In this document: positions 30,267 to 41,800 of the stretch, one piece after another
How the letters are laid out: each line of letters begins with the position of its first letter
Numbering within the stretch: the first letter of the stretch is position 1
Assembly (NCBI GenBank): GCA_048937405.1
Contig: JBHLNF010000007.1
Coordinates: 1-64,000 of the forward strand
From: Promethearchaeota archaeon
Lineage (GTDB): Archaea; Asgardarchaeota; Lokiarchaeia; Sigyniarchaeales; SOKP01
Direction of reading: 5' to 3'
DNA length: 64,000 bases
The notes under the pieces: generated by a model
What the model was told of the DNA's origin: nothing
What the model saw: the letters and a program-made list of their open reading frames with translations, nothing else
The model's database searches: none
Program-made: the position numbers and the translations under genes

Positions 30267-30599
30267 ATGGTAAGAAATGTTAAGAGTAAAGAAAATGTTC
30301 AACCTATTGAAGCTTTAAAAGGAGTTTTTCGTAGAACTTTATTATATAATGATTCATTAATGCTATGTCATTTTACCCTCGAAAAAAATTCTGAAATCCC
30401 TATACATAGTCATAAAGAATCTCAAATTGGATATGTAATTAAAGGAAAAATCAAGTTTATAACAGAAAATGAAGAATTCATTGCGAAAAGCGGAGATAGT
30501 TATGTTTTTGAGTCTAATGAAAAGCATGGAGCAAATATTTTAGAGGATTCAGAAGTGATTGATGTATTCAATCCCTCCAGAGAAGATTATAAAGATTAA
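30267..30599 (+). CDS. Cupin domain protein
   Basis: PIHSH.ESQIGYV..G, H.A, DVF.P.REDY. Confidence 0.9.
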   Translation: MVRNVKSKENVQPIEALKGVFRRTLLYNDSLMLCHFTLEKNSEIPIHSHKESQIGYVIKGKIKFITENEEFIAKSGDSYVFESNEKHGANILEDSEVIDVFNPSREDYKD

Positions 30600-30646
30600 T
30601 ATAAAGAAAATTAAATTAATTTATATAATGCTACATATCTTTATTA

Positions 30647-31000
30647 CTACCATTGATATGCACCAACAGCAGCTATAGCAAAAAAACAGAATAGTAACTC
30701 TCCCCACAACCAATCTCGAAAGATTTTAACTTTATTTTCTTTATCGTTTTTAATTTTTGAGGCTAAACCAAAACTAATTGCTGAATTTGTACCACTAAAG
30801 ATTATAAAAGTAAATGTGCTAGGTGTCAATTCTAAGTCAATTATTGATAGAAAATAATCAAATAATATCCAAGCACCCATAAATCCAATAAGTAAAATTA
30901 TAAAAAGCCAACCAGAAAATTGAATTATCTTTTGAAATTTTATATCCTTTTCGGAAATTTCTGAAAGAGAATCAATTCTTTTTTTTTTAATTTTTGACAT
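30647..31000 (-). CDS. Three-TM membrane protein
   Basis: Hydrophobic helices; co-oriented with nac. Confidence 0.75.
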   Translation of the reverse strand: MSKIKKKRIDSLSEISEKDIKFQKIIQFSGWLFIILLIGFMGAWILFDYFLSIIDLELTPSTFTFIIFSGTNSAISFGLASKIKNDKENKVKIFRDWLWGELLFCFFAIAAVGAYQW

Positions 31001-31079
31001 AAAGAATCTATTTATTTGCTTTTTGAAGATTAAAGATTTTATAATTCTTAATCTTTGTTATTTAGTCAATTTTCATATT

Positions 31080-31559
31080 TTAAAGTTTATTTTTCAAAAA
31101 TAGAATTGCTTTTGCTATATCTCCATTACAGTCTTTTAAAACAGATTCTGCTTCCTTTTTATCAACGTTTGCTTGCGTTGCAACAAGCATTATATCATTT
31201 TCTGTTATCATTGGTTTTATTTCAGAATCTTCTTCGGGTGTAAAATCGATAACTTCTTCCTTACTTTCAATAGTGAGATTTTCTGGAGATACTTCTTCTG
31301 CTTGACCAATTATTTGATAAATTTCCTGTCCAGCTTGTTTCATACGAATTATTTCGGGGTTCTCTATAATTATCGATTTTTCGGGTCCTTCAATAATAAC
31401 TCTTGTAGCATCAACAGGTTCCATATCTATACCTTGTTGTGCCATCCTTCTCCGCATTTGTCTTGAACCAAATTGTTGTCCGTCTCGCTTAACTGAGGGT
31501 TGAGGACGCTTAGGTTTATTTTTTACCCTACTTTGCATTTCTTTTGGCAGTTTTACCAA
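31080..31559 (-). CDS. nac: Nascent polypeptide-associated complex protein
   Basis: RQMRRRMAQQGI, NAC barrel, C-terminal UBA-like GDIAKAI. Confidence 0.93.
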   Translation of the reverse strand: MVKLPKEMQSRVKNKPKRPQPSVKRDGQQFGSRQMRRRMAQQGIDMEPVDATRVIIEGPEKSIIIENPEIIRMKQAGQEIYQIIGQAEEVSPENLTIESKEEVIDFTPEEDSEIKPMITENDIMLVATQANVDKKEAESVLKDCNGDIAKAILFLKNKL

Positions 31560-31613
31560 TTTCCGTCACTTTAAATTATCATGTATATCTTGAGTTATAT
31601 AATAATTTGAAAT

Positions 31614-32105
31614 TTAAATTTTTATTTTATTAATTCCTTTTCTTATGCCTACTGCAATACCTCTCGAGAATGCTTTAGCATAGGAAACAGGTATTTTTAA
31701 TTTACCAATACCCAACAACTCGTCTTTTTGATTTACTACAATGACTTCATCAAAAGGTCTTAAATTATCATCAATTTCAATAATATGCTTGCAAAAAACA
31801 TTTCTTCCTTCTTTAATATATTCCGAAATCTCATCTAATACAATAGCCCTTAATTTTGGAGGACTAGTATTAGCTATTATTTTTTTTGCTGAGTATAGAG
31901 TTAGAGTAAAAAAACCATTTGTTGGTCTAAGAGTTAGTAAAAGATTATTATTGTAATATACATATCTAATTTTATTAGTATTTGGTGATCTTATTAGTTT
32001 TATATGATCTATATCATAAAAAAGGATATCTGTTATTTTTGTGCCGAATTGATAATCTGAAATTGCCTTTATTTGTCGTAACCCTATTAAAATTTCAGTT
32101 TCCAT
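31614..32105 (-). CDS. PUA-domain protein (arcTGT C-terminal-like)
   Basis: DYQFG, GRNVFCKH, LRPFDEVIVV, AVGIRKG. Confidence 0.88.
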   Translation of the reverse strand: METEILIGLRQIKAISDYQFGTKITDILFYDIDHIKLIRSPNTNKIRYVYYNNNLLLTLRPTNGFFTLTLYSAKKIIANTSPPKLRAIVLDEISEYIKEGRNVFCKHIIEIDDNLRPFDEVIVVNQKDELLGIGKLKIPVSYAKAFSRGIAVGIRKGINKIKI

Positions 32106-32177
32106 AGAAGAATTTATGAAAAAGTTATTTAATTTTAGAAAAGTAAAAGTATTTTAATAATTTATAAATATCGACGA

Positions 32178-33386
32178 TTATGAATAAAGTCTAGATTCGA
32201 CCAATTGATCTTTGACTTTATTCATTACCTTATTGACAGCATCAATAAAATCTTGATTAATAATCATATCAGCATCTTTTCTGATAGCAAACATTCCAGC
32301 TTCTGTACAGACAGCTTTAATATCAGCTCCGGTTGCTCCTTCTGTGAGATTTACTAACCTTTTAAAATCTATGGATTCTTCAATATGTAGATTTCTGGAG
32401 TGGATTTTAAAGATAGCTTCTCGAGCTTGTTCATCTGGAATGGGAAATTCAATCATACGATCAAATCTACCAGGTCTTAATAATGCTGGGTCTAAAATAT
32501 CTACTCTATTTGTTGCACCAATGATTTTTACATCTCCTCTTTGTTCAAATCCATCCAATTCGCTAAGTAATTGCATCAGAGTTCTTTGGACTTCTCTATC
32601 TCCAGAAGTAGCAATTTTAAGCCTTTGAGAACCAATTGCATCTAATTCGTCAATAAATAAGATGGTAGGGGCTTTTTCTTTTGCTAAATTAAAGATTTCT
32701 CTTACTAAACGGGCACCTTCTCCAATAAATTTTTGAACTAATTCGGATCCAATAATTCTTATAAATGTTGCTTCTGTTTCATGAGCCACCGCTTTAGCTA
32801 ATAGTGTTTTTCCTGTACCAGGAGCACCATATAACAATACACCCTTTGGAGGCTCAATTCCAATCCTCTTAAATAAATCTGGTTTTTTTAATGGTAATTC
32901 TACAGTTTCTCTTACTTCTTGCATTTGCTCTTCCAGACCTCCTACATCCACATATGATATGTCTGGAATTGAATCAATCACTTCCATTCCTTTTACAAAA
33001 GGATCTAGTTTTGTTGGTAAAACTTCCATAATTGCAAATGTTCTTTGATTTAAAGCAACTCGAGTTCCTGGTACTAATTTTTCATTTTTTACTTTTCTAC
33101 TGGTATTTACAACAAAACTTGGTCCAGTTGAACTCTTTACAATTGCCCTTCCCTTTTCATCGAGAAAATCTATAATTGTCGCTGATACTAATGGAGGCTC
33201 TCTTAATCTATCGATTTCATTCCTGAGACTATGTAATTCTTGCTCTAATCTTAATCGTTCAGCATCTAATAATTGTTTTTCTGTCTCTAAGTTGCGTAAA
33301 CGTTTCTCCAAATGCCGAGTATAAGTAATTAGGTATTCTCCATCTTTACTTTCTTCTTTTTTCTTCTTTTCTTTTGTTGTAGTCAA
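32178..33386 (-). CDS. pan: Proteasome-activating nucleotidase
   Basis: Coiled coil, OB domain, [23 protein letters not shown]-terminal HbYX (LYS). Confidence 0.97.
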   Translation of the reverse strand: MTTTKEKKKKEESKDGEYLITYTRHLEKRLRNLETEKQLLDAERLRLEQELHSLRNEIDRLREPPLVSATIIDFLDEKGRAIVKSSTGPSFVVNTSRKVKNEKLVPGTRVALNQRTFAIMEVLPTKLDPFVKGMEVIDSIPDISYVDVGGLEEQMQEVRETVELPLKKPDLFKRIGIEPPKGVLLYGAPGTGKTLLAKAVAHETEATFIRIIGSELVQKFIGEGARLVREIFNLAKEKAPTILFIDELDAIGSQRLKIATSGDREVQRTLMQLLSELDGFEQRGDVKIIGATNRVDILDPALLRPGRFDRMIEFPIPDEQAREAIFKIHSRNLHIEESIDFKRLVNLTEGATGADIKAVCTEAGMFAIRKDADMIINQDFIDAVNKVMNKVKDQLVESRLYS

Positions 33387-33628
33387 AAAAAGTATACCCC
33401 TTCTTTTCTTTCTTTCAATTACATTTTGAAGAAATTACGTTAATTTATTAATAATCTTCTAATCATTTAAATTTAAGGTTACTTCTATTTGTTTACTTAA
33501 AAATGTCAAATTTTAAAAAATTTATAGATTATAAATTATAAAACTATTTAACCGAAAATTATAAGAGGTTTTAATAAAATTCTATAAATATAGAATATAT
33601 CTTTATTCATTCTTTGTGGGATAGAACT

Positions 33629-34162
33629 ATGCCAAAACAACAAAACCATAATTTTGACAAAGAATGTCCTGTATGTGGTAGTATAATTTGGGGTAAAGGA
33701 ATAAGAGTTCTACTAGAAGGAGCGAAAATTACAGTATGTCACAGTTGTGCTCAACACGGTGTAAAAATCCAAAAACCTCCTTCGACTAAATATAGTAGAA
33801 AGTCATTCTCCTATGATGCGAAAAAACCTTCTAAACGTCCAATTACAAAAGAATCTAATTTCGAAACCTTAGAAATAATTCAAGACTATGCTAAAAGAAT
33901 ACGAAATGTAAGAAGTTCACTAGGTCTTAATCAAGATCAATTTGCTCAGAAATTGAATGAAAAACCTTCATTACTAAGAAGAATTGAAGCTGGAAAAGTA
34001 AAACCTACTATTAAATTAGCAAAAAAGATAGAAGAAGTTTACAATATTAAAATTTTGAAAAAAACTGATGAACTTGAAACAAATGTTAATGATAATAAAT
34101 ACATGAAAAAATCTCGTGGATCTTCTCTTGGTGATATAGCATATATAAAAAAAAAGAAATAA
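33629..34162 (+). CDS. mbf1: Archaeal multiprotein bridging factor 1
   Basis: CPVCG..EGAKITVC..C zinc ribbon, XRE HTH, SLGD tail; adjacent to pan. Confidence 0.93.
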   Translation: MPKQQNHNFDKECPVCGSIIWGKGIRVLLEGAKITVCHSCAQHGVKIQKPPSTKYSRKSFSYDAKKPSKRPITKESNFETLEIIQDYAKRIRNVRSSLGLNQDQFAQKLNEKPSLLRRIEAGKVKPTIKLAKKIEEVYNIKILKKTDELETNVNDNKYMKKSRGSSLGDIAYIKKKK

Positions 34163-34188
34163 ATTATACTTTTATAATTTAAGGTTTA

Positions 34189-36219
34189 TTAAGATTCAAC
34201 TTTGGTAATTTTTACTACAGTTGAATAATATGAACCGGAAAAACCTAATTCTTCTGGTATATTTGGAGTAAAATGATTTACGTTCATATTTTCTTTTAAT
34301 TTTGATGATAAACCAGAATATATTAAGGCTGTTCCATTTTTTAATATAGATGATTCTGCTAAAATATACTCACCTCTACCATATTCATTAGAAACAAGTA
34401 CTTTTTCACCTTTTATTATACCTAAAGATTCAATATCCTCAGGTGTCAAAAATATCTTACTAAATTCTTCAAGATATTTAAGATTAATATGGCCTAATTG
34501 AGAATGTAAAAAATGAAAATGGGAAGGTGAAATAAGTAGAAATTCATGATTGTCTTTAAAACTTTTAAGCTTTAATTTATTCTCTCCAAATTTAAAATGA
34601 GGTCCCTTGGCTTGAATACGATTATTGGATGTAGGAAATTCTAAATTATCAAATGGAATAGAATCCATATCAAATAGCAAAAAATAACCTAATTTTTTAA
34701 TAGATTCTTGAATTTTAATAGGTAACATTTCTAAACACTTCTTAAAAATAATCTCTTGAGATTCATGAAATATTTTATCATTATAACCAACCTTTGAAGC
34801 TAAATGGCGAAAAAACTCGTAATTTGACATACAATCTTGATATGGGCATGGACCACCAACATTTATAGATAGACTTGGTATATAAAAAGGAGATACTATA
34901 TCACTTGTTTCTAAATCAAATTTTGCTGGAATTACAATATCTGCATACTCAGTTGTTTCATTTAAGAACATGTCTAAAACAATTATAAATAGATCTTTAT
35001 TCATCAATGCTTTTCTCAATAAATTTTGATTAGGAAGAGAGCTTGCTGGATTAAAATTATATACAATTAACATCTTATAGTTCCCAGATGATAAAGCAGA
35101 CCCTAAATTTATTATGGGAATCTCATTTAGTTTTTGTCTTTTTTCATAACCAGTTATGTAATTTTGAAGAGGTATAAGAAGAGGTTTTAGAAAATCGCTC
35201 TGAGAATAGATCAAGCCTGTACCTAGTTTTCCTATATTTCCAAGTAAAATTTGAATTAAAGCAATAGATTTCACGATCCTACCACCATAGAAATCTTTCT
35301 GAACGCCATAACCTATAGTAAATAAAGTATGGTGTTTGAATTTAGTTAAAAATTTAATAAAATTTTGAACCATTTGATAGTTTATTCCAATTAAACCTAA
35401 AAGTTCATTTTTCTCGATTTTTGTAATTTCTGTGAAAATAGATGAATATGAATCAACATACTTTTTCAAAAATATTTCGTCATAAATTTTATTAGTAATT
35501 AATTCATTTAGAACCATTTTTACTAAAAAATGTTCAGTACCTGGGAATATATGTATAAAAAGATCTGCTTTTTTTGCTATTACTGTATACCTTGAATCGA
35601 TAACTACTAACTTTGTCCCTCTTTTCAAAGCTTGCTTTACTAAAAAATAGGCATGATTGTTAGTTTCTGATAGATTACTCCCCCAAATAACTATTAATTT
35701 TGTAGATAAATTTACTAATTGAAACGGGTTTGTAGTTGAATAGGTACCAAATAATTCTGTTAATCCGGCACATCCCCCTTCATTACAGATTCCACCATTG
35801 GTGATTGTAGCTCCGATTCTTCTAAAAAATCGTAATGGACTATATTGTGAAATAAGACCACAATTTCCAGAATAAAAAGCCCCGAGAATGGAAGATGATT
35901 CACCTTTATTTATAATATTTGATATTTTATGGGATATAATTTTGAATACCTTATTCAGATTAATTTTCTCAAAATTATTTCCAGGTTTAACATCAGTCCT
36001 AATTAATGGATTTTTCAACCTTTCTTGATGATATAATAAAGCTTCCCTATTTATATATTTTGGACAAAAAAATCCATTTGTAAATGGATGTTTATTCATG
36101 GGATGGGAAGATAACAATTTATACTCTAATGCATCATCATCCCAAATTCCTTTAAACACACATGAACCATAACAGTCTTTTGTACAAGTACCTATTCTAA
36201 CTTTATTGGGATGTACCAT
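34189..36219 (-). CDS. Molybdopterin-dependent oxidoreductase
   Basis: CTKDCYGSC..HPFT.GFFCPK, IWGSN, NPASSLPN, ETTEYADIVIPA. Confidence 0.88.
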   Translation of the reverse strand: MVHPNKVRIGTCTKDCYGSCVFKGIWDDDALEYKLLSSHPMNKHPFTNGFFCPKYINREALLYHQERLKNPLIRTDVKPGNNFEKINLNKVFKIISHKISNIINKGESSSILGAFYSGNCGLISQYSPLRFFRRIGATITNGGICNEGGCAGLTELFGTYSTTNPFQLVNLSTKLIVIWGSNLSETNNHAYFLVKQALKRGTKLVVIDSRYTVIAKKADLFIHIFPGTEHFLVKMVLNELITNKIYDEIFLKKYVDSYSSIFTEITKIEKNELLGLIGINYQMVQNFIKFLTKFKHHTLFTIGYGVQKDFYGGRIVKSIALIQILLGNIGKLGTGLIYSQSDFLKPLLIPLQNYITGYEKRQKLNEIPIINLGSALSSGNYKMLIVYNFNPASSLPNQNLLRKALMNKDLFIIVLDMFLNETTEYADIVIPAKFDLETSDIVSPFYIPSLSINVGGPCPYQDCMSNYEFFRHLASKVGYNDKIFHESQEIIFKKCLEMLPIKIQESIKKLGYFLLFDMDSIPFDNLEFPTSNNRIQAKGPHFKFGENKLKLKSFKDNHEFLLISPSHFHFLHSQLGHINLKYLEEFSKIFLTPEDIESLGIIKGEKVLVSNEYGRGEYILAESSILKNGTALIYSGLSSKLKENMNVNHFTPNIPEELGFSGSYYSTVVKITKVES

Positions 36220-36301
36220 TTTCTCAAAAAAAATAGACCTTAAAATTTAAAAAAATCTTGCATTTCCCAGTAGAAATTTTCATCATTTTTTAATTGAGCT
36301 T

Positions 36302-36877
36302 TTAATCAATTGATATTTTAATATTTTGAACTAGAGCTATTTTATTTTTTAAGAATTCAATTATTTCTTGGTTATCCTGGGCTTCAAGAGGATTTCCACA
36401 ATTAGGACATCTAAAATTTAATTCAAAAGCTTCATCAAAATTATATTTAATATTTGATTCTTGACAATTTCTACATATAAAAAAATAATTATTTTGTTCA
36501 AATTGTAATCTATCTCGCAATTTAGATTCAATTAAGCTCTTTTTTTCTAGGAGAATTTCTTCTAGTAAGTCAAATTCATGCCACCAATAGTAAATAAACC
36601 ATCCCGTTGATTTATCTCTTATACGTCTAAATTGAGCTAATTTTTCAGAATATAATTTATAAAGTGTTTTTCTGACAGTATTTAATTTCAATATTTCAGA
36701 GTCATCAGGTTCAAAATCAATTTCAGTTCCTTGAATACTTTCTTTTATGTTTTCAGTTATATCCTCATCAGTTATATCTTCAGACTCAGATTTAATTAGT
36801 TCCATTCCTACATAAATAGCAATTTCGCCCCCAACAATATATAAGAAAGATTTTAAGAAGGGATTTAATTCGTTAAT
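36302..36877 (-). CDS. tfe: Transcription factor E alpha (start extended to ATT 36877; first ATG 36805)
   Basis: VRKTLYKL, RIRDKSTGWFIYYW, C..C..FDEAFELNFRCPNCG. Confidence 0.9.
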   Translation of the reverse strand: MNELNPFLKSFLYIVGGEIAIYVGMELIKSESEDITDEDITENIKESIQGTEIDFEPDDSEILKLNTVRKTLYKLYSEKLAQFRRIRDKSTGWFIYYWWHEFDLLEEILLEKKSLIESKLRDRLQFEQNNYFFICRNCQESNIKYNFDEAFELNFRCPNCGNPLEAQDNQEIIEFLKNKIALVQNIKISID

Positions 36878-36984
36878 ATGACGTAGCCTCGTTTAAAAAA
36901 AATGATTTTTATATGAAATATAATTATTTTTTATGAAAATTAAATTTTTTTGAAATTTTCTCAGCAAAAATATAAATTTATCTC

Positions 36985-37767
36985 TTAAACAACAATAGAA
37001 TACTGTTTTTCAATAATTTCATCATCAATATCAAGAGTTCGAGTTAACTTACCTTTTCTAATTGCCATTATCCGTAGTAATTTTGAATTATTTACATTTT
37101 TAGGCAGTTCAATTTCAGAAATTTTATAATTATTAAATATTGTCAAAGTTTTCCAATTTGTAGGGAGTTCTGATTGAAAGTCTGGTATTACATTTTCTAC
37201 CATATAATTAAGATTTTGTTTGGTATTACTAAGATATCCTGTACAAAATTGAATCCTCTTATTTACATCGTCTTCTTCTACTTTCTTTTTAGATGGTTGA
37301 GGTATATTTTTTTTGGTTGTAACCTTACAGTTTGAATTAATGTTGAAAGATAACAAGAAATAACTACTTTCTCGAAAGGCTTCAATACTCTCTATTAATG
37401 TATTTTTATCAGTACTATCAATTATTTCCGCTTTGTAATTTTTGGTTTGCCCTGTTGATTTTTTAAGATTCCAATTAAATCCTAATTCATTAATTGCTTC
37501 ACTTATATCTGCACCTGAGATTAATTTGCCTTTAATATCAAACTTTTCGTTTGGACTAGAAATTCCATTTGCTACAACCTCTAAAATTAAATCTTCATAT
37601 TCATGGCTTCCTTTTAAAGTAAATTTCGCTTTTGTTTGAGATATTTTTAACGCTGGACCGATAAAATCCCCTTTAGAATATCTATAAAAGTGGCGGTGAA
37701 TATTCTTATACTTTTGTGCGGGATTATCTAAAATTGGAGTTTCAACAATTGCTTTTAGAAAATGCAT
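36985..37767 (-). CDS. Conserved hypothetical protein
   Basis: 260-aa ORF co-oriented with tfe; no motif recognised. Confidence 0.75.
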   Translation of the reverse strand: MHFLKAIVETPILDNPAQKYKNIHRHFYRYSKGDFIGPALKISQTKAKFTLKGSHEYEDLILEVVANGISSPNEKFDIKGKLISGADISEAINELGFNWNLKKSTGQTKNYKAEIIDSTDKNTLIESIEAFRESSYFLLSFNINSNCKVTTKKNIPQPSKKKVEEDDVNKRIQFCTGYLSNTKQNLNYMVENVIPDFQSELPTNWKTLTIFNNYKISEIELPKNVNNSKLLRIMAIRKGKLTRTLDIDDEIIEKQYSIVV

Positions 37768-37921
37768 TTTTTTTCTTTCTTTAATTTTCTTTTAATTTAA
37801 TTCTTGTTTTATTTATTTAATATCAAAAGATTAAAATTTTAAATTTTATTCATCAATAAAATTAAAAAAATATAAAATATATCTAAAAATACAAAACACA
37901 AAAAATTTTTTAAAATTAGAT

Positions 37922-38122
37922 ATGGCTGGTATTCCTTCTTTAACATTATGGGTTTTTGCTTGGATATTTCTAATTATTGGATTAATATCATTAATAATTT
38001 TAGTAATATATACTAAATATGGAAGAGAAGTATCTATAAGACTTTCGATAATTAGTATAGTAATCATGGCAATATTCCTTGGATTTTCTTTTCATTTTTT
38101 CTTAATTTCATGGGGAATATGA
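37922..38122 (+). CDS. Small two-TM membrane protein
   Basis: Two hydrophobic helices joined by YTKYGRE. Confidence 0.7.
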   Translation: MAGIPSLTLWVFAWIFLIIGLISLIILVIYTKYGREVSIRLSIISIVIMAIFLGFSFHFFLISWGI

Positions 38123-38292
38123 TATAAATAATTAATTAAACTTTGAATTAAATTCGATTCTTTCCAAAATTGAACTTAAATTTTGATTTTGTCAGATTTA
38201 TAATTTGTTTTGTTAATATTTAAAAAAGAAGAAAAGTTTTCATCTAATAATTAATATTTCATGAAGCTAATTAAAAAAAAGGAGAAGATAAA

Positions 38293-38709
38293 ATGTTATT
38301 TCAAATGGACCCTACTCTTGAGTTCGTATTATGGCTTATATTAGCAACCGTAATTGTGACACTAGTTCTTTACATTGCGGTTATTCTGATTGTATCAAAA
38401 ACGAAGGCTTCGGACAAAAAGTTTTTAATAATTCTTTTGGCATTCATTTGTGTACTTGTAATACCCATCGTTTTAGGTGCAATTAGTTCAATATTTGAAG
38501 TTTTTGGAGAAATACCTTGGAGTGATGGTAACTATCTAATGCTGTTGGTCCCAATAATTGGTTTTTTAATAGTACTGGTATTATCAAAATTTATTTTAGA
38601 CGTTGCGTGGGATCAAGCTTTATGGATATCCTTACTAACCTTATTTGTTTTATTCCTTCTATATACTTTGATACCTGGACTTGCTGAGTTTCTTGGATTT
38701 ACATTATAA
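38293..38709 (+). CDS. Four-TM membrane protein
   Basis: Hydrophobic helices; GGAG SD. Confidence 0.78.
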   Translation: MLFQMDPTLEFVLWLILATVIVTLVLYIAVILIVSKTKASDKKFLIILLAFICVLVIPIVLGAISSIFEVFGEIPWSDGNYLMLLVPIIGFLIVLVLSKFILDVAWDQALWISLLTLFVLFLLYTLIPGLAEFLGFTL

Positions 38710-38844
38710 TTAATATTAAAATTAAAATTTATAACAAAGCTATTTTTTTTTCTTTCTTATGAAATTATTTTCAAATTTCAATTCATTAAAGATAATAAGA
38801 TAGTTAAAAAATAGTTTTTAAAAAAATAAAAAAAAAATATTTCC

Positions 38845-41800
38845 TTATATTTTTTCTTTTAGCTTTAATCTTGGAGCAAGTCCTAAACTCATCATTTCTT
38901 GTAAAAGTAATTTAAATGCATATGAACAAACAACCTTTGAAATAATGGTTCCTTCTCCACATACGGGGCAATATCGTTTGTCTCTATTTCTGTCATAAAC
39001 AGCTAAAAGTCCACATTTTTCACATACTAAAATAACAGTCCTATCAGATTCATCTAACAATCTTTCTTTTAACAATAAAGCTGAGCCATGACCAACTAAG
39101 CAATCCCTCTCCATTTCTCCAAATCTCAATCCACCTTCACGAGCACGACCTTCAGTAGGTTGCCGAGTTAAAATTTGAACAGGACCTCTCGCTCTTGCGT
39201 GAAGTTTGTCAGCCACTAAATGATATAATTTTTGATAATATATAGGAGCGCAATATATCCCTGCTTCATATTTATCTCCGGTAATACCATTATACATTAC
39301 TTCTCTTCCATTAAATTCAAAACCCGCTTCCACTAGTTGCTCTTGAAGCTTAGTTATATCTGTCCATTCGAAAGCAGTAGCATCACCCAACTTTCCTGTT
39401 GTACATGCTATCTTTCCACTAATACCTTCAAATAATTGACCTAGAGTCATTCTTGATGGCATTGCGTGAGGATTTACTATAATATCTGGAATAACACCTG
39501 AAGCAGTAAAAGGCATATCTGCTTGGTCAACAACCAACCCTAAAACGCCTTTTTGACCATGTCTAGATGAGAATTTATCACCCAATTCTGGAATTCTTAA
39601 ATCCCTAACCTTTATTTTAACTAATTTGTTCCCATCCACAGTTTCTGATATAATTACGGTATCAACAATCCCTTGTTCATTATGACGCATATTTTTTGAA
39701 GTTTCACGTCTATTTGGTTGCATCAACTCAAATTCTTCATAAGATTTAATAAATCTAGGTGGAGATGTTCTACCTATTAACACATCCCCTCCATTGACTT
39801 GTGTTTCTGGTTCTATTATTCCATCTACATCTGAAAGTAGTCTGTATGATTCTGCGGATTTAAATCCTCTAACTCCTCTTTCAGGGATCTCAAATTTATC
39901 AACTTCTCCACCAGGATATTTTCTTTCTTCCGCATCATATGTTCTGAAAAAGTGACTACGTGCTAGTCCTCTTTCAATAGAAGCTTTATTTATAATAATT
40001 GCATCTTCAATATTATATCCCTCAAAACTCATCATACCGATGATAAAATTTTGTCCTGCGGGTCTCTTATTTATTCCTATAATCTCCATTGGACTAGTTT
40101 TTACAAGGGGTTGTTGAGGATAATGCAAGGTATGGCCTCTTGTGTCTAATCTCAAATGCATATTTGCGGCAAATAAACCCAACGCTTGCTTTACCATCCC
40201 TGCTTCGTATGTATTTCTTGGAGATTGGTTATGTTCTGGAAAGGGAATAATAGAAGCACAAATTCCTAAAATTGCTGCAGGTGATATTTCCAAATGAGTA
40301 TGTTCCTCAGTTATATCCTCTTCGAACATTGCAATATATGCATTTTCTTCTTCTTCCGCATCTAAATATTCAATTACACCCTTTTGGACTAAATCTGACC
40401 AAATGTATTTCTTTTGCTTTAGTTTTTCTATATCTTCTTTTGAAACAAGTAATATTTTATTCTTTAAAACAAACAAGGGTCTTGTTGCCCTACCTGCATC
40501 ACAATTAATCTGAATTTCTTTTGATTCGTTATAATATCCAATATTGACATGTTGTCCAATTTCGCCTTTCCTTCTTTTTTCTCTTAATTGACGGATGAAT
40601 GGGTTATATTGTTGGTGTATCCCTACTAGTTTTCCATTTAGAAATACTTTTACTTTATCTCCTCTTACGTTTTTGACTTCATTTATGGGAATTACTCCTA
40701 AATCAATTAAAATGTTTTCAATGATCCTTTCATCAGCACCTACAGAGATTATTGAAGCTAACCCAAGATTCTTAACTAAACCACAATTTGGACCTTCAGG
40801 AGTTTCAGCAGGACAGATTTTTCCCCATTGAGTTGGATGTAAATCTCTCGCTTCAAAGTGAGGTTGACTGCGACTTAGTGGTGATATAACTCTTCTCAAA
40901 TGGCTCAATGTCCCCACATGATTGGTTCTATTCAAAAGTTGACTAACTCCTGCTTTACCTCCAACCCAATTTCCAGTAGCTAAAGCATGTCTAATCCTTT
41001 CTGTAATAACATCCGCCCTAACAGCAGTTTTAATATTTGGAGCCCTTCCACGAACAGCTGTTCTTTCTAATTGATATTTAATGTCTTTTACAAGATTTAA
41101 AAATGCTACTCTAAATAAAGATGTGAATAATTCACCAGCTAGCTTTAATCTTTTATTTGCATAATGATCCTTATCATCAGGTTCTCTTAACCCCAAAGCA
41201 AGCTCCATAACTTTTTGTGCCATTTGTCCTAAATAATAAGCTTTTTTAATTCTATCTTCTTCATCATTACCTATATGAGGTAAAAGATACCGATCTAAGA
41301 CTTGAAGAGCTCTTCTAATACGATAATCTTTCGTTTGACCTATTGCTACTCTTTTTCCTATATAGTCAAGCGCATTTTGCTGAGATTTCTCTGGATCTTT
41401 TAATACTTGGATTTCAGAAGCAACATCTATTACAGGTATTAATTCTTTCTGAATTTCATCATTTTCTGATATTGCTTCAAAAATTTCTCTATCTGAATGT
41501 AATCCTAATGAGCGCATTAATATTGCTAAAGGAATTTTTCCTGGAACTGATGGAAAAGATACTCTTAGATTTCCATCTTTTTTCCTTTCTATTGTTACAG
41601 GTGCTCTAAATCCACTTCTAGTTGAGAAAACCTTTGCTTGATGAGTTGCACTGGAGCTCCTACTTGCCTCTTCTGCTAATATTCTATTTGGAGCAAGATC
41701 TTCTTGAGTTACTAGAACTCTTTCAGTTCCATTTATTATAAAATATCCACCAGGATCTAAAGGATCCTCTCCTCTATTAATAAGTTCTTGTTCTGAAAGG

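Noticed and set aside
34189-36219. Selenocysteine recoding in the molybdoenzyme
   Set aside because: ORF is uninterrupted, with Cys at the expected ligand region.
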